Position numbers and translations under genes: made by a program
In this document: piece by piece, positions 27,937-36,477 of the stretch
Layout: each line of letters opens with the position of its first letter
Position numbering within the stretch: position 1 is the stretch's first letter
Assembly: GCA_902795355.1 (NCBI GenBank)
Contig: CADBKZ010000002.1
Coordinates: forward strand, 62,236-126,235
From: an uncultured Ruminococcus sp.
Lineage (GTDB): Bacteria > Bacillota > Clostridia > Oscillospirales > CAG-272
Length of the DNA stretch: 64,000 bases
Direction of reading: 5' to 3'
The notes under the pieces: model-generated
What the model was told of the DNA's origin: nothing
Seen by the model: the letters and a program-made list of their open reading frames with translations, nothing else
Databases searched by the model: none

Positions 27937-28047
27937 ACCGTAGGGCGGGGGCTTGCTCCCGCCGAAACAAAGGAACAAACCATTCTGTTTTTTGATTATG
28001 TGCGATTCTTCGAGCTATCCGGCGGGAGCAAGCCCCCGCCCTACGGT
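27937..28047. repeat. 27-bp perfect inverted repeat with a 57-bp AT-richer spacer (MITE/long-hairpin-like)
   Basis: accgtagggcgggggcttgctcccgcc (27937-27963) and ggcgggagcaagcccccgccctacggt (28021-28047), located between the DUF512 gene and der. Confidence 0.9.
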
Positions 28048-28106
28048 CCTGCGAGCCTTTTTAAGCGGCAACAAAGCGCGCAAAAACCAGAATCTCCACC
28101 GGCTTT

Positions 28107-29417
28107 TTACACCCCCAGCACCGCGCGGACAAACGCGCCGCCGTCGCTCCGGCAGGGGCGGACCGGAACGCCGAGTTTCCGCGAGAGCATGGCGGGCGTG
28201 GTGTCGTCCAAAAAAAGGTCCTCGTCGGCTTTGAGCATGGTTTCGGGGAACAGCAGTTCGTCGCCGAGGTCCTCGCCCGCAAGCTGGTCCATCAGGTCGG
28301 TTCCGGTCAAAAGCCCCGAAACCGTGACCGTTTCCCCGAAAAACCGATTGACGATGCGATAGACCCTGACCGTTAATCCCGGAACGCGCTCGGCAAGCCG
28401 CCGCGCCATGGAAGCGATTTGCTCGTAGGCCGCGACCCCCGTTGCGAGAGAGACGGCGCGCGGCGCGCGGAAATTTGCCAACGCCTCGCCGAGGTCTCCC
28501 ATTTCAAAATCGAACTCGGCGGCAAGGGACGTCAGCATTCCCACGCCGTTTTCAATTTGCGAAAAATCCTCGTAGTAGCTTTCGTCGGGGAGCGGAAGCT
28601 CGGCTTTAAGGTAAAGCTCGTCCGCGCAATAGAACAGACGCGTGCCGTATTTTTCAAGACATTCCGCGCCGAACGCGTTGACCTGCGCGATTACCGCCGC
28701 GGCTTCCTCTTTGTTGAAGAGTTCGAGCGGGTACAGCCCCTCGCGGAATTTCGTGATTCCCACGGGGACGATCGCGCAGGAGCGCAGGGCGGGATAGTAG
28801 GCGGCAAGGTCGCGCATGGAACGATCCAGCTCGGCTCCGTCGTTCAGCCCCTTGCAAAGCACAATCTGCGTGCAGAGGGTCAATCCCCCGTCCGCGAATC
28901 GCCGCAGGTAGGAAAGCACTTCCCCCGCGCGGCGATTTCCCATCATGCGGACGCGCAGTTCGGGATTGGTGGTGTGTACCGAAACGTTGATGGGCGAGAT
29001 GTGCATTTTGATCAGCCGTTCCACGTCGCGGTCGCGCAGGTTGGTTAAGGTTACGTAGTTTCCGTGCAGAAAAGAAAGGCGGTCGTCGTCATCCTTGAAA
29101 TAGAGCGTTTTCCGCATGCCTTTGGGAAGTTGATCGACAAAGCAGAACACGCATTTGTTCGCGCAACTGTGCTTGCGATCCATCAGCGGGGTGGCAAATT
29201 CAAGGCCGATGTCGTCGTATTCGCCCTTGCGGAAACGCACCTCATAGGGGGTCTCCGCGCGCGTGAGCCGCAGCGAAACTTCCGTATCGGTCAGATAAAA
29301 ACGGTAGTCCAGCACATCGCGGATTTCGTTGCCGTTGACCGAAACCAGCACGTCGCCCGCAACGATTCCCTCGGCTTCCGCCGCGCTGCCCTCGCGAACC
29401 GAAACGATCCGAACCAT
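28107..29417 (-). CDS. PDZ plus radical-SAM-like DUF512 protein
   Basis: 436 aa. N-terminal PDZ (GIVAGDVLVSVNGNEI), CANKCVFCFVDQ cluster motif. In the classic position upstream of der. Confidence 0.85.
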   Translation of the reverse strand: MVRIVSVREGSAAEAEGIVAGDVLVSVNGNEIRDVLDYRFYLTDTEVSLRLTRAETPYEVRFRKGEYDDIGLEFATPLMDRKHSCANKCVFCFVDQLPKGMRKTLYFKDDDDRLSFLHGNYVTLTNLRDRDVERLIKMHISPINVSVHTTNPELRVRMMGNRRAGEVLSYLRRFADGGLTLCTQIVLCKGLNDGAELDRSMRDLAAYYPALRSCAIVPVGITKFREGLYPLELFNKEEAAAVIAQVNAFGAECLEKYGTRLFYCADELYLKAELPLPDESYYEDFSQIENGVGMLTSLAAEFDFEMGDLGEALANFRAPRAVSLATGVAAYEQIASMARRLAERVPGLTVRVYRIVNRFFGETVTVSGLLTGTDLMDQLAGEDLGDELLFPETMLKADEDLFLDDTTPAMLSRKLGVPVRPCRSDGGAFVRAVLGV

Positions 29418-29474
29418 TCGCCCTCTCCTTTCAACATGATACGGGGGCAGCCGACCGACTGCCCCGATTGCGGA

Positions 29475-29867
29475 TCAGATAAAATCTTCGAGCGTGGCTT
29501 CCTCGTCCACCTCGATCGTTTTGCGATGCGAAGCGGGCTTTGCCCCGCTCTCGGCGGGTTTGTTCAACACCTGATCGATCCGGCGGTTGGCAACCTCGGC
29601 GTCGTCCTCGTCGAACATCTGATCCACCACAACGTTGCGGCGGGCGCGCCGCTCCGGCTCGTAGGCGAGCAAAATTCCGGCGGTCAGCCCCGCAACCGCG
29701 CCCAGAAGCATTCCGACGCCGACATCCTGATCCTCTTTCCTGCGGGAAAGATACGCGATCATGGAGCCGACCGACGCCGTGATAAGCGCGCCGCCGGTTA
29801 CGGCAAACGCCAGCTTCCGGCCGCCGCCCGATTTTGAAAGAATCAGTTTTCCGTTTTTGAAATACAT
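29475..29867 (-). CDS. Hypothetical small membrane protein
   Basis: 130 aa, two hydrophobic segments, acidic C-terminus. No family recognised. Confidence 0.5.
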   Translation of the reverse strand: MYFKNGKLILSKSGGGRKLAFAVTGGALITASVGSMIAYLSRRKEDQDVGVGMLLGAVAGLTAGILLAYEPERRARRNVVVDQMFDEDDAEVANRRIDQVLNKPAESGAKPASHRKTIEVDEEATLEDFI

Positions 29868-29886
29868 GGCATTGCTCTCCTCTCTC

Positions 29887-31008
29887 TTATTTTTTCGTCT
29901 CCTGCGCGGAGATCATTTTGAGGTACGCGTTGATGAAGCCGTCGAGGTCGCCGTCCATCACCGCCTGAACGTTTCCGGTTTCATAGCCGGTTCGGGTGTC
30001 CTTTACCAGCGTGTACGGCATGAACACGTAGGAGCGGATCTGCGCGCCCCACTCGATGTTGGTTTTGTTGCCCTGAATTTCCTCGATGGTTTCGAGCCGC
30101 TCTTTGAGCTTGATCTCCATCAGCTTGGCTTTGAGCATGTGGAGCGCGGTCTCCTTGTTCTGCAATTGGGAACGCTCGGTCTGGCACCCCACCACAATGC
30201 CCGTTGGCTTATGGACGATGCGGATGGCCGAGTCGGTCTTGTTGATGTGCTGGCCGCCCGCGCCGCTCGAACGGTGGGCGGTAATCTCCAGATCCTCGTC
30301 CCGCAGAACCACCTTATCCACGTCCTCGAACTCGGGCATAACCTCGATGGAAGCGAACGAGGTTTGCCGGCGGCCGTTCGCGTCGAACGGGGATACGCGC
30401 ACCAAGCGATGCACGCCGTTCTCGCTTTTGAGATACCCGTAGGCGTTATGTCCTTCCACAAAGACGGTTGCGCTTTTAATGCCCGCGCCGTCGCCGTCGA
30501 GCCAATCGGTGAGCTTTACGCGGAAGCCGCTTTTCTCCGCCCAGCGCGTAATCATGCGGTAGAGCATTTGCGCCCAATCCTGCGCCTCGGTTCCGCCCGC
30601 TCCCGGGTGGAACGAGACAATGGCGTTGCTCCGGTCGTATTCGCCCGAGAGCAGCACCTCGATGCGGCGGTGTTCTTCCTCGGCGGCAACGGCGGCCAGC
30701 TCGTCCTGCACTTCTCCCACCACCGATTCGTCGTTTTCCTCAATGGCCATTTCGCAGAGCGCCAAGGCGTCCTCCAACCGCGCGCAGAGCTTTTCGTAGC
30801 CCTCGATTTTATCCTGCGACTGCTTGATTTCCTGCAAGATTTTGGAAGAGTTCTCGGCGCTGTTCCAAAAAGCGGGGTCGAGGGTCTGCGCTTCAAGGTC
30901 TTTCAGGTTTGCGCGCGTTTCCTCGATCCGCAGCGACTTTCCGAGTTCTTCCAGATCGGCGCGCATCGCGGTCAATTTACTTTTCGCTTCTTCCAATGCA
31001 ACTATCAA
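29887..31008 (-). CDS. prfB: Peptide chain release factor 2 (single uninterrupted frame, TTG start)
   Basis: SPF tripeptide motif (VRVSPFD), GGQ motif (SSGAGGQHINKTDSA). Start TTG at 31008 after a GGGAGG RBS. TGTTATAAT extended -10 upstream. Confidence 0.93.
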   Translation of the reverse strand: MIVALEEAKSKLTAMRADLEELGKSLRIEETRANLKDLEAQTLDPAFWNSAENSSKILQEIKQSQDKIEGYEKLCARLEDALALCEMAIEENDESVVGEVQDELAAVAAEEEHRRIEVLLSGEYDRSNAIVSFHPGAGGTEAQDWAQMLYRMITRWAEKSGFRVKLTDWLDGDGAGIKSATVFVEGHNAYGYLKSENGVHRLVRVSPFDANGRRQTSFASIEVMPEFEDVDKVVLRDEDLEITAHRSSGAGGQHINKTDSAIRIVHKPTGIVVGCQTERSQLQNKETALHMLKAKLMEIKLKERLETIEEIQGNKTNIEWGAQIRSYVFMPYTLVKDTRTGYETGNVQAVMDGDLDGFINAYLKMISAQETKK

Positions 31009-31134
31009 ACGATACCTCCCGCGCCCATCGGCGCGTATTTCCTGATATAAAAGATGGTTAACTGTTATATTATAACACAAAAACGGCCGGATGACAAGTG
31101 GGTTCCGCGATTTTTTCGCGTTTTTGCGGTCGGT

Positions 31135-32070
31135 TTACGCCCGAGAGAGCAAAACGGTCAGGTTTCCCGCCAGCGCAATCGCCGCGTCGGGCGGGAGCAA
31201 ATAGCTGTCCGCCCGCGCCACGGGGTTTTCCGTTCCGCAGGCCGAAAGGGTCCCCTCGCCCGAAAGGCAGAGCAAATGGCGGAAGCGCGGCCAAGCGGGA
31301 ATTTCAACTTTTCCCGCAACCGAGAGCCGTTCCACGCGGAAACGCGAACAGGCGGCCAGCACCGTTGCGCGGTCGGCGGCGGGGTCTGCCTCGTAGCGGA
31401 TGGCGTCGATCTCCCGCTCCGTGAACGGGCGCGAAACGTCCAACGCCTTTTCCACATGCAGTTCGCGCGGCTTTCCGTCGGCGCCGAGGCGGCCGTAATC
31501 GTAAACGCGGTAGGTCAGGTCGCAGTTCTGCTGGATCTCGGCAATCAGGATCCCCTTTCCGATGGCGTGCGGCAATCCGGCCGGAATGAAGTAGGTCTCT
31601 CCCGCGCGAACGGGAACGCGGTTGAGAACGCGTTCGGTTTCTCCCGCGCGCACCGCCGCGGCAAACGCCTCGCGGGTCACGCCGGCGCGCAGCCCGCAGA
31701 CCAGCTCGGCCCCCGCCGAGGCTTCCACAACATACCACATTTCGGTTTTTCCGCGGTCGTGCTCGACCTCGGCGGCATAAACGTCGTCGGGATGCACCTG
31801 CACCGAGAGGCGGTCGGCCGCGTCGATGAACTTGACGAGCAGCGGGAAATTTCCGGCGGACTCGCCGAACGCGCCCACGACCTCGCCCAGCGGTTTCCCC
31901 GCCCACGGGCCGTTGGCAACCGTGTTCTGTTCGTTTTTCCGGACGGTCAGCGCCCACGCCTCGCCAACGGTGGGCGCGTCGGTTTGCACGCCCCAATCGG
32001 TTTTCAGGCGGGTTCCGCCCCAAATGGGCGATTTTGCAACGGGAATCAGTTTGAGCGGGTAGGGTTTCAT
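31135..32070 (-). CDS. manA: Class I mannose-6-phosphate isomerase
   Basis: Internal start MKPYPLKLIPVAKSPIWGGTRL...; SVQVHPDD, ETYFIPAGLPHAIG cupin motifs. 311 aa. Confidence 0.85.
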   Translation of the reverse strand: MKPYPLKLIPVAKSPIWGGTRLKTDWGVQTDAPTVGEAWALTVRKNEQNTVANGPWAGKPLGEVVGAFGESAGNFPLLVKFIDAADRLSVQVHPDDVYAAEVEHDRGKTEMWYVVEASAGAELVCGLRAGVTREAFAAAVRAGETERVLNRVPVRAGETYFIPAGLPHAIGKGILIAEIQQNCDLTYRVYDYGRLGADGKPRELHVEKALDVSRPFTEREIDAIRYEADPAADRATVLAACSRFRVERLSVAGKVEIPAWPRFRHLLCLSGEGTLSACGTENPVARADSYLLPPDAAIALAGNLTVLLSRA

Positions 32071-32105
32071 GGCAATCTCCTTGCGGTTTTGCGGTCTTCT
32101 GCTAT

Positions 32106-32134
32106 TATTGTACCCGATTTTCCGGAAAATGTCA
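32106..32134 (-). promoter_or_regulatory. Promoter TTGACA-17-TACAAT (minus strand) for manA
   Basis: Plus strand shows attgta (32106-32111) and tgtcaa (32129-32134). Confidence 0.65.
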
Positions 32135-32314
32135 AGAGGAACGGCAATTTTGTCCTTCCGGCGGATTTTGTCATATCCTGTCGTAGGGAGATGCGGAAGA
32201 ATCTTCCTGCCCCGAAAACGCCGCCGCGTGCTTACGGGCGGCAAAAATCGGGAATAATGGAAATGCGGACGCGAACCGACGCCGCGCCCGCAGAAAACAA
32301 CAGAAAGGACGTTT

Positions 32315-32782
32315 TTGCCCATGATGATGAACGCCACCGTTCGGCGCGGGGACATCTACTATGCGGATTTGAGCCCCGTTGTCGGCTCGGAACAGGGGGG
32401 ACTGCGCCCCGTTCTGATTATTCAGAACGACATCGGCAACCGATACAGCCCCACCGTGATCGCCGCCGCGATTACTTCCCGCCTCGATAAAACGCACCTG
32501 CCCACCCACATTGATATTTACGCCGATCAGGTCGGCCTCGCGAAAGATTCGGTGATCCTGCTCGAACAGATCCGAACGCTGGATAAACGCCGTTTGCGCG
32601 AGAAAGCGGGACACCTCGACGCGCCGATGATGGACGAGGTCAACACCGCCATTGCCATCAGCTTCGGCCTCGGGAGCGCGCAAGAGGACGCGCAGGCCCG
32701 CGCGCGTTTGCGCGAGAACCACGCCCGCTTTGCCGCCTCGGTGGGCGGCGAACATCCAACGCTTCCGCGCGGCGTTTCCTGA
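32315..32782 (+). CDS. mazF: MazF/EndoA (PemK) family endoribonuclease toxin with about 36-aa C-terminal extension; no adjacent antitoxin
   Basis: [45 protein letters not shown]...[17 protein letters not shown] closely resembles B. subtilis EndoA as I recall it. Start is ambiguous among the TTG/ATG codons at 32315-32329. Confidence 0.85.
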   Translation: MPMMMNATVRRGDIYYADLSPVVGSEQGGLRPVLIIQNDIGNRYSPTVIAAAITSRLDKTHLPTHIDIYADQVGLAKDSVILLEQIRTLDKRRLREKAGHLDAPMMDEVNTAIAISFGLGSAQEDAQARARLRENHARFAASVGGEHPTLPRGVS

Positions 32783-32830
32783 CCCGCGCCAAACCGAAAA
32801 GACCGCTTTCCCATGAAAGCGGTCTTTTCT

Positions 32831-33622
32831 TTATTCGTTCCCGCCGCCCGAGAGAAAGCGGATCGCCTCGCGGATGTGCAGATCCCACCATTGCCAAGAG
32901 TGGTTCCCCTCGGATTCGGCATAGCGGTGCGCTATTCCGCCCTCGGTCAGGAGCGCGTGGAACCGCCGGTTCTCATCCAAGAGGGAATCTTCGGTCCCGC
33001 ACCACAGGAACATGCGCGGGAACGGTTCGCCCGCGGCCGCGCGGCGGCGCGCCAGACCGAACAGGTCGTCCCTGCCGTCCCGCAGGTCGTCCGCTCCGCG
33101 CAGGTCAAAGCCGAAAATGCCCCGCCACTCCCGCGCGGACCGTTCGTCGGATTTCTTCGCCTCGCAGCGGCGCAGAATATCCAGCGCGCCCGAGAGCGAC
33201 GCGCAGCCGCCGAACCGCTCGGGGTAGGTCAGCGCCGTTTTCAGCGCGCCGTATCCGCCCATGGAAAGCCCCGCGATCCACGTATCCTCGCGCCGCTCGG
33301 ACATTCCGCGGAAGAACCCGCGGCAAACCGACGGAAGCTCTTCCCCAACAAAGGTCAGGTAGGGCGCGCCGTCCGCCGTGTCGGTGTACCAGCTCCGCGC
33401 GACCTCGGGCATTACCACGGCGATCCGATGCTCGTCGGCGTACCGCTCGATCGACGTCCGGCGCATCCACATCGTGTGGTCGTCCGAAAGGCCGTGGAGC
33501 AGATAGAGCGTGGGACAGGGCTTCTCCCCCGCCCCTTTTTTGATGTACTCGGGAAGAATCACGCTCACCGGAACGCCCATGCGGAGAACGTCCGAAAAAA
33601 AGTGTGTTTCCATATAAGCCAT
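32831..33622 (-). CDS. Alpha/beta hydrolase, esterase D / tributyrin esterase-like
   Basis: MAYMETHFFSDVLRMGVPVSVILP...LYLLHGLSDDH...GLSMGGYGA (GxSxG nucleophile elbow). 263 aa. Confidence 0.8.
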   Translation of the reverse strand: MAYMETHFFSDVLRMGVPVSVILPEYIKKGAGEKPCPTLYLLHGLSDDHTMWMRRTSIERYADEHRIAVVMPEVARSWYTDTADGAPYLTFVGEELPSVCRGFFRGMSERREDTWIAGLSMGGYGALKTALTYPERFGGCASLSGALDILRRCEAKKSDERSAREWRGIFGFDLRGADDLRDGRDDLFGLARRRAAAGEPFPRMFLWCGTEDSLLDENRRFHALLTEGGIAHRYAESEGNHSWQWWDLHIREAIRFLSGGGNE

Positions 33623-33663
33623 GGCAGGAATCCCCCGTTGCAAAAAAATTTCGTTCGCCTACT

Positions 33664-33692
33664 ATTTTATCACTGCGCGGGCGCAATGTCAA
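33664..33692 (-). promoter_or_regulatory. Promoter TTGACA-17-TAAAAT (minus strand) for the esterase gene
   Basis: Plus strand shows atttta (33664-33669) and tgtcaa (33687-33692). Confidence 0.6.
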
Positions 33693-33745
33693 GCGTCCCG
33701 CCGGATTTTTCCGGATCGGTTCCCCAAAAAATTTTTTCAAAACGC

Positions 33746-33774
33746 TTGACAAAGCGGAAAAGATGTGCTATAAT
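33746..33774 (+). promoter_or_regulatory. Promoter TTGACA-17-TATAAT driving T-box leader 1
   Basis: ttgaca at 33746-33751, 17-nt spacer, tataat at 33769-33774. Confidence 0.75.
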
Positions 33775-33780
33775 ACAGAA

Positions 33781-34056
33781 AATCAAACAAAAAGCGATGA
33801 CGAAGAAGGTCTGCGCCGATGTGTTTGCAGAGACCCGATGGTTGGTGCGAATCGGGAACACGGGCAAAAGACCCATCCCTTCCGAGCCGAAAGCGCGAAT
33901 CGGGGACGCTCCCCCATAGTAGTGTTTTCCGTGATTGCCGCGTGAGAGCATACGGGCTGTCTGGCCCCGAGGGATAACCGAAAGGTTATAATTTGAGTGG
34001 TACCGCGAGTGTAGAATACACCCGTCTCAAAGAAACGAGACGGGTGTATTTTTTTA
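33781..34056 (+). promoter_or_regulatory. T-box riboswitch leader 1 (hand-folded specifier AUC = Ile, tentative)
   Basis: GA/K-turn start agcgatgacgaag; AGAGA (33829-33833); distal-loop ggttggtgcga; T-box motif aatttgagtggtaccgcg (33990-34007); terminator atacacccgtctc / gagacgggtgtat plus T7 (34015-34056). Confidence 0.85.
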
Positions 34057-34085
34057 TGATTTCTCGAAAAAAAGGAGACAAAAAC

Positions 34086-36353
34086 ATGGCAACGGTTGCA
34101 AACGAAAAGCTGAACGAGATCGCCGCGCGGATCCGCGAGATGCGCGAAATTGCGGGATTCGAAACGGCCGAAATGGCGCAAAAAACCGAGGTAAGCGAGG
34201 AAGATTACCGCCTTTATGAATCGGGTCAACTCGATTTTCCGTTTACCTTTATTCACAAATGCGCGCTCGCGTTCGGCGTTGGCATTACCGACCTGCTGGA
34301 AGGGCAAAGTGCGCGCCTGCAATCCTACACGGTCACGCGCCGCGGGCAGGGGCAGGAGACCGCGCGCGAGGCGGGCATTGAAATTCAGAACCTTGCGCCG
34401 CTGTTCCGCAAAAAGATTGCGGAGCCGTATTGGGTGCGCTATACGTACAGCGAGGAGCTGCAGCACAAGCCCATTCACCTGACCAAGCATTCGGGGCAGG
34501 AGTTCGACTTTGTAATGAGCGGGCGGCTCAAAGTTCAGATCGGGGAAAATGTGGAATACCTCGGCGAGGGCGACAGCATTTACTACAACAGTTCCACGCC
34601 GCACGGCATGATCGCCGTGGACGGGCAGGATTGCCTGTTTGTCGCCGTGGTCCTCCCGGGAGAGGACGAATCCGAAACCGTTGTCCGCGAAACGTTGATC
34701 GCGGGTCGCTCGGGCAGCCGCTCGCTCGTTGCCGAACAGTTTGCGGAATGCACCGAGGACGAAAACGGGTTGGTCACGTCGGTCGCGTTCCATAACGAGG
34801 ACCGCTTCAACTTCGCGTTCGACATTGTGGACGCCATTGCGAAAAAATCGCCCGATAAGCTCGCCCTGCTCCACATTTCAAGGGAGAAAACCGAGCGGCG
34901 GTTCTCGTTCAACGACATCAAGCGCGCCTCGGCGCAATGCGCCAACTACTTCAAGGCCATCGGCATTCAAAAGGGCGACCGCGTAATGCTCGTTCTCAAA
35001 CGGCATTACCAATTCTGGTTCGCCATTCTCGGCCTGCATAAGCTCGGCGCCATCGTGATTCCCGCCACCAACCAATTGCAGGCGCACGACTTTGAATACC
35101 GCTTCCAAGCCGCGGGCGTTACCACGCTGATTTGCACGGCGGACGGGGACGTTGCACACCAAGCGGAGCTTGCCGAGGCGTCCTGCGGAATGTCCCTGCG
35201 CAAGCTGATGGTTGGCGGCGCGCGCGAGGGATGGCGCGATTTTGACGCGGAATACCCGCTTTACAGCGCGCATTTCTACCGCTCCGACGACACCCCCTGC
35301 GGCCGCGACCCCATGCTGATGTTCTTTACCTCGGGCACCACGGGCTACCCCAAAATTGCCGTTCATTCCTACCAATACCCGCTCGGCCATTACCTGACCG
35401 CCAAGTATTGGCACGGCGTGAGCGACGACGGCCTGCACTTTACCATTTCGGACACCGGCTGGGGCAAGGCGCTCTGGGGCAAGCTCTACGGGCAGTGGCT
35501 CTGCGAGGGCGCGGTGTTCGCCTACGACTTTGACCGTTTCGACGCTTCCGACATTCTGCCCATGTTCGCCAAATACGGCATTACCACCTTCTGCGCGCCG
35601 CCCACCATGCTCCGCATGATGATCAAACAGGATATTTCGCAATACGACCTTTCCTCGGTGCGCCGCATGACCACGGCGGGCGAGGCGCTCAACCCCGAAG
35701 TCTACCGCCGGTTCGAGCAGGCAACGGGACTGCGCATTATGGAAGGCTTCGGACAAACCGAAACCACGCTGACCATTGCCAACTTTATCGGCGGGCCGCA
35801 TAAGCTCGGCTCCATGGGCAAACCCTCTCCCCTGTTCGACATGGATCTGGTGGATGCAAACGGCAACCCCGTTGCCGACGGCGAGGTGGGGGAGATCGTG
35901 GTCCGCACCGACCGCCGCGTTCCCATCGGCCTCTTCCTCGGCTACTACCGCGACCCCGAAAAGACCGCAGAGGTCCTGCACGACGGCCTCTACCACACCG
36001 GCGACACCGCATGGCGCGACGAGGACGGCTTCTATTGGTACGTCGGCCGCGTGGACGACGTAATCAAGTCCTCGGGCTACCGCATCGGTCCGTTCGAGAT
36101 TGAAAGCGTGATCATGGAACTTCCCTATGTTCTGGAATGCGGCGTTTCCGCCGCGCCCGACGAGGTGCGCGGGCAGGTGGTCAAGGCTTCCATTGTGTTA
36201 ACGAAAGACGCCGAGCCCACCGAGGAATTGAAAAAAGAAATCCAGAACTACGTCAAAACGCACACCGCGCCGTATAAGTACCCCCGCATTGTGGTGTTCC
36301 GGAACGAGCTTCCCAAAACCATCAGCGGAAAGATTCAGCGGAACAAATTGTAA
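34086..36353 (+). CDS. Fusion protein: XRE-type HTH plus cupin domain plus AMP-forming medium-chain acyl-CoA synthetase (paralog 1)
   Basis: Start MATVANEKL after AGGAGA RBS, 755 aa. HTH (IAARIREMREIAGFETAEMAQKTEVSEEDYRLYESG), cupin (HSGQEFDFVMSGRLKVQIGE...GDSIYYNSSTPHGM), then adenylation motifs FTSGTTGYPK, ISDTGWGKALWGKLYGQW, GYYHTGD-like LYHTGDTA, SSGYRIGPFEIES, PKTISGKIQR. Confidence 0.88.
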   Translation: MATVANEKLNEIAARIREMREIAGFETAEMAQKTEVSEEDYRLYESGQLDFPFTFIHKCALAFGVGITDLLEGQSARLQSYTVTRRGQGQETAREAGIEIQNLAPLFRKKIAEPYWVRYTYSEELQHKPIHLTKHSGQEFDFVMSGRLKVQIGENVEYLGEGDSIYYNSSTPHGMIAVDGQDCLFVAVVLPGEDESETVVRETLIAGRSGSRSLVAEQFAECTEDENGLVTSVAFHNEDRFNFAFDIVDAIAKKSPDKLALLHISREKTERRFSFNDIKRASAQCANYFKAIGIQKGDRVMLVLKRHYQFWFAILGLHKLGAIVIPATNQLQAHDFEYRFQAAGVTTLICTADGDVAHQAELAEASCGMSLRKLMVGGAREGWRDFDAEYPLYSAHFYRSDDTPCGRDPMLMFFTSGTTGYPKIAVHSYQYPLGHYLTAKYWHGVSDDGLHFTISDTGWGKALWGKLYGQWLCEGAVFAYDFDRFDASDILPMFAKYGITTFCAPPTMLRMMIKQDISQYDLSSVRRMTTAGEALNPEVYRRFEQATGLRIMEGFGQTETTLTIANFIGGPHKLGSMGKPSPLFDMDLVDANGNPVADGEVGEIVVRTDRRVPIGLFLGYYRDPEKTAEVLHDGLYHTGDTAWRDEDGFYWYVGRVDDVIKSSGYRIGPFEIESVIMELPYVLECGVSAAPDEVRGQVVKASIVLTKDAEPTEELKKEIQNYVKTHTAPYKYPRIVVFRNELPKTISGKIQRNKL

Positions 36354-36442
36354 AAAACACCCGCGTTTTCCGTTTTTTCGGCAATAATCCGGCCGGAATT
36401 GCAAGTTTTTCCGTATAAAATTGCAGAAATTAAAAAAAGCGT

Positions 36443-36471
36443 ATTGACAAAAAAGCCACTTTGTGATAAAA
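36443..36471 (+). promoter_or_regulatory. Promoter TTGACA-17-TAAAAT driving T-box leader 2
   Basis: ttgaca at 36443-36448, 17-nt spacer, taaaat at 36466-36471. Confidence 0.7.
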
Positions 36472-36477
36472 TGTTAT

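Noticed and set aside
29887-31080. Track ORF start at 31080 for RF2 (MCYNITVNHLLYQ...)
   Set aside because: That ATG lies inside the promoter (TGTTATAAT). The TTG at 31008 has a GGGAGG RBS and gives an N-terminus of normal RF2 length.
32071-32314. Search for a MazE/EndoAI-type antitoxin ORF upstream of mazF
   Set aside because: The only ORF (32069-32257, 62 aa) is Arg/Leu-rich and overlaps the manA promoter region. It has no RHH or AbrB-like pattern and no RBS.
33783-34874. 363-aa minus-strand ORF overlapping T-box leader 1 and the start of synthetase 1 (and the analogous ORF at 36739-37803)
   Set aside because: Both are antisense to a T-box leader and to the HTH-cupin coding region. They have no RBS or motifs, and the plus strand explains the region fully.
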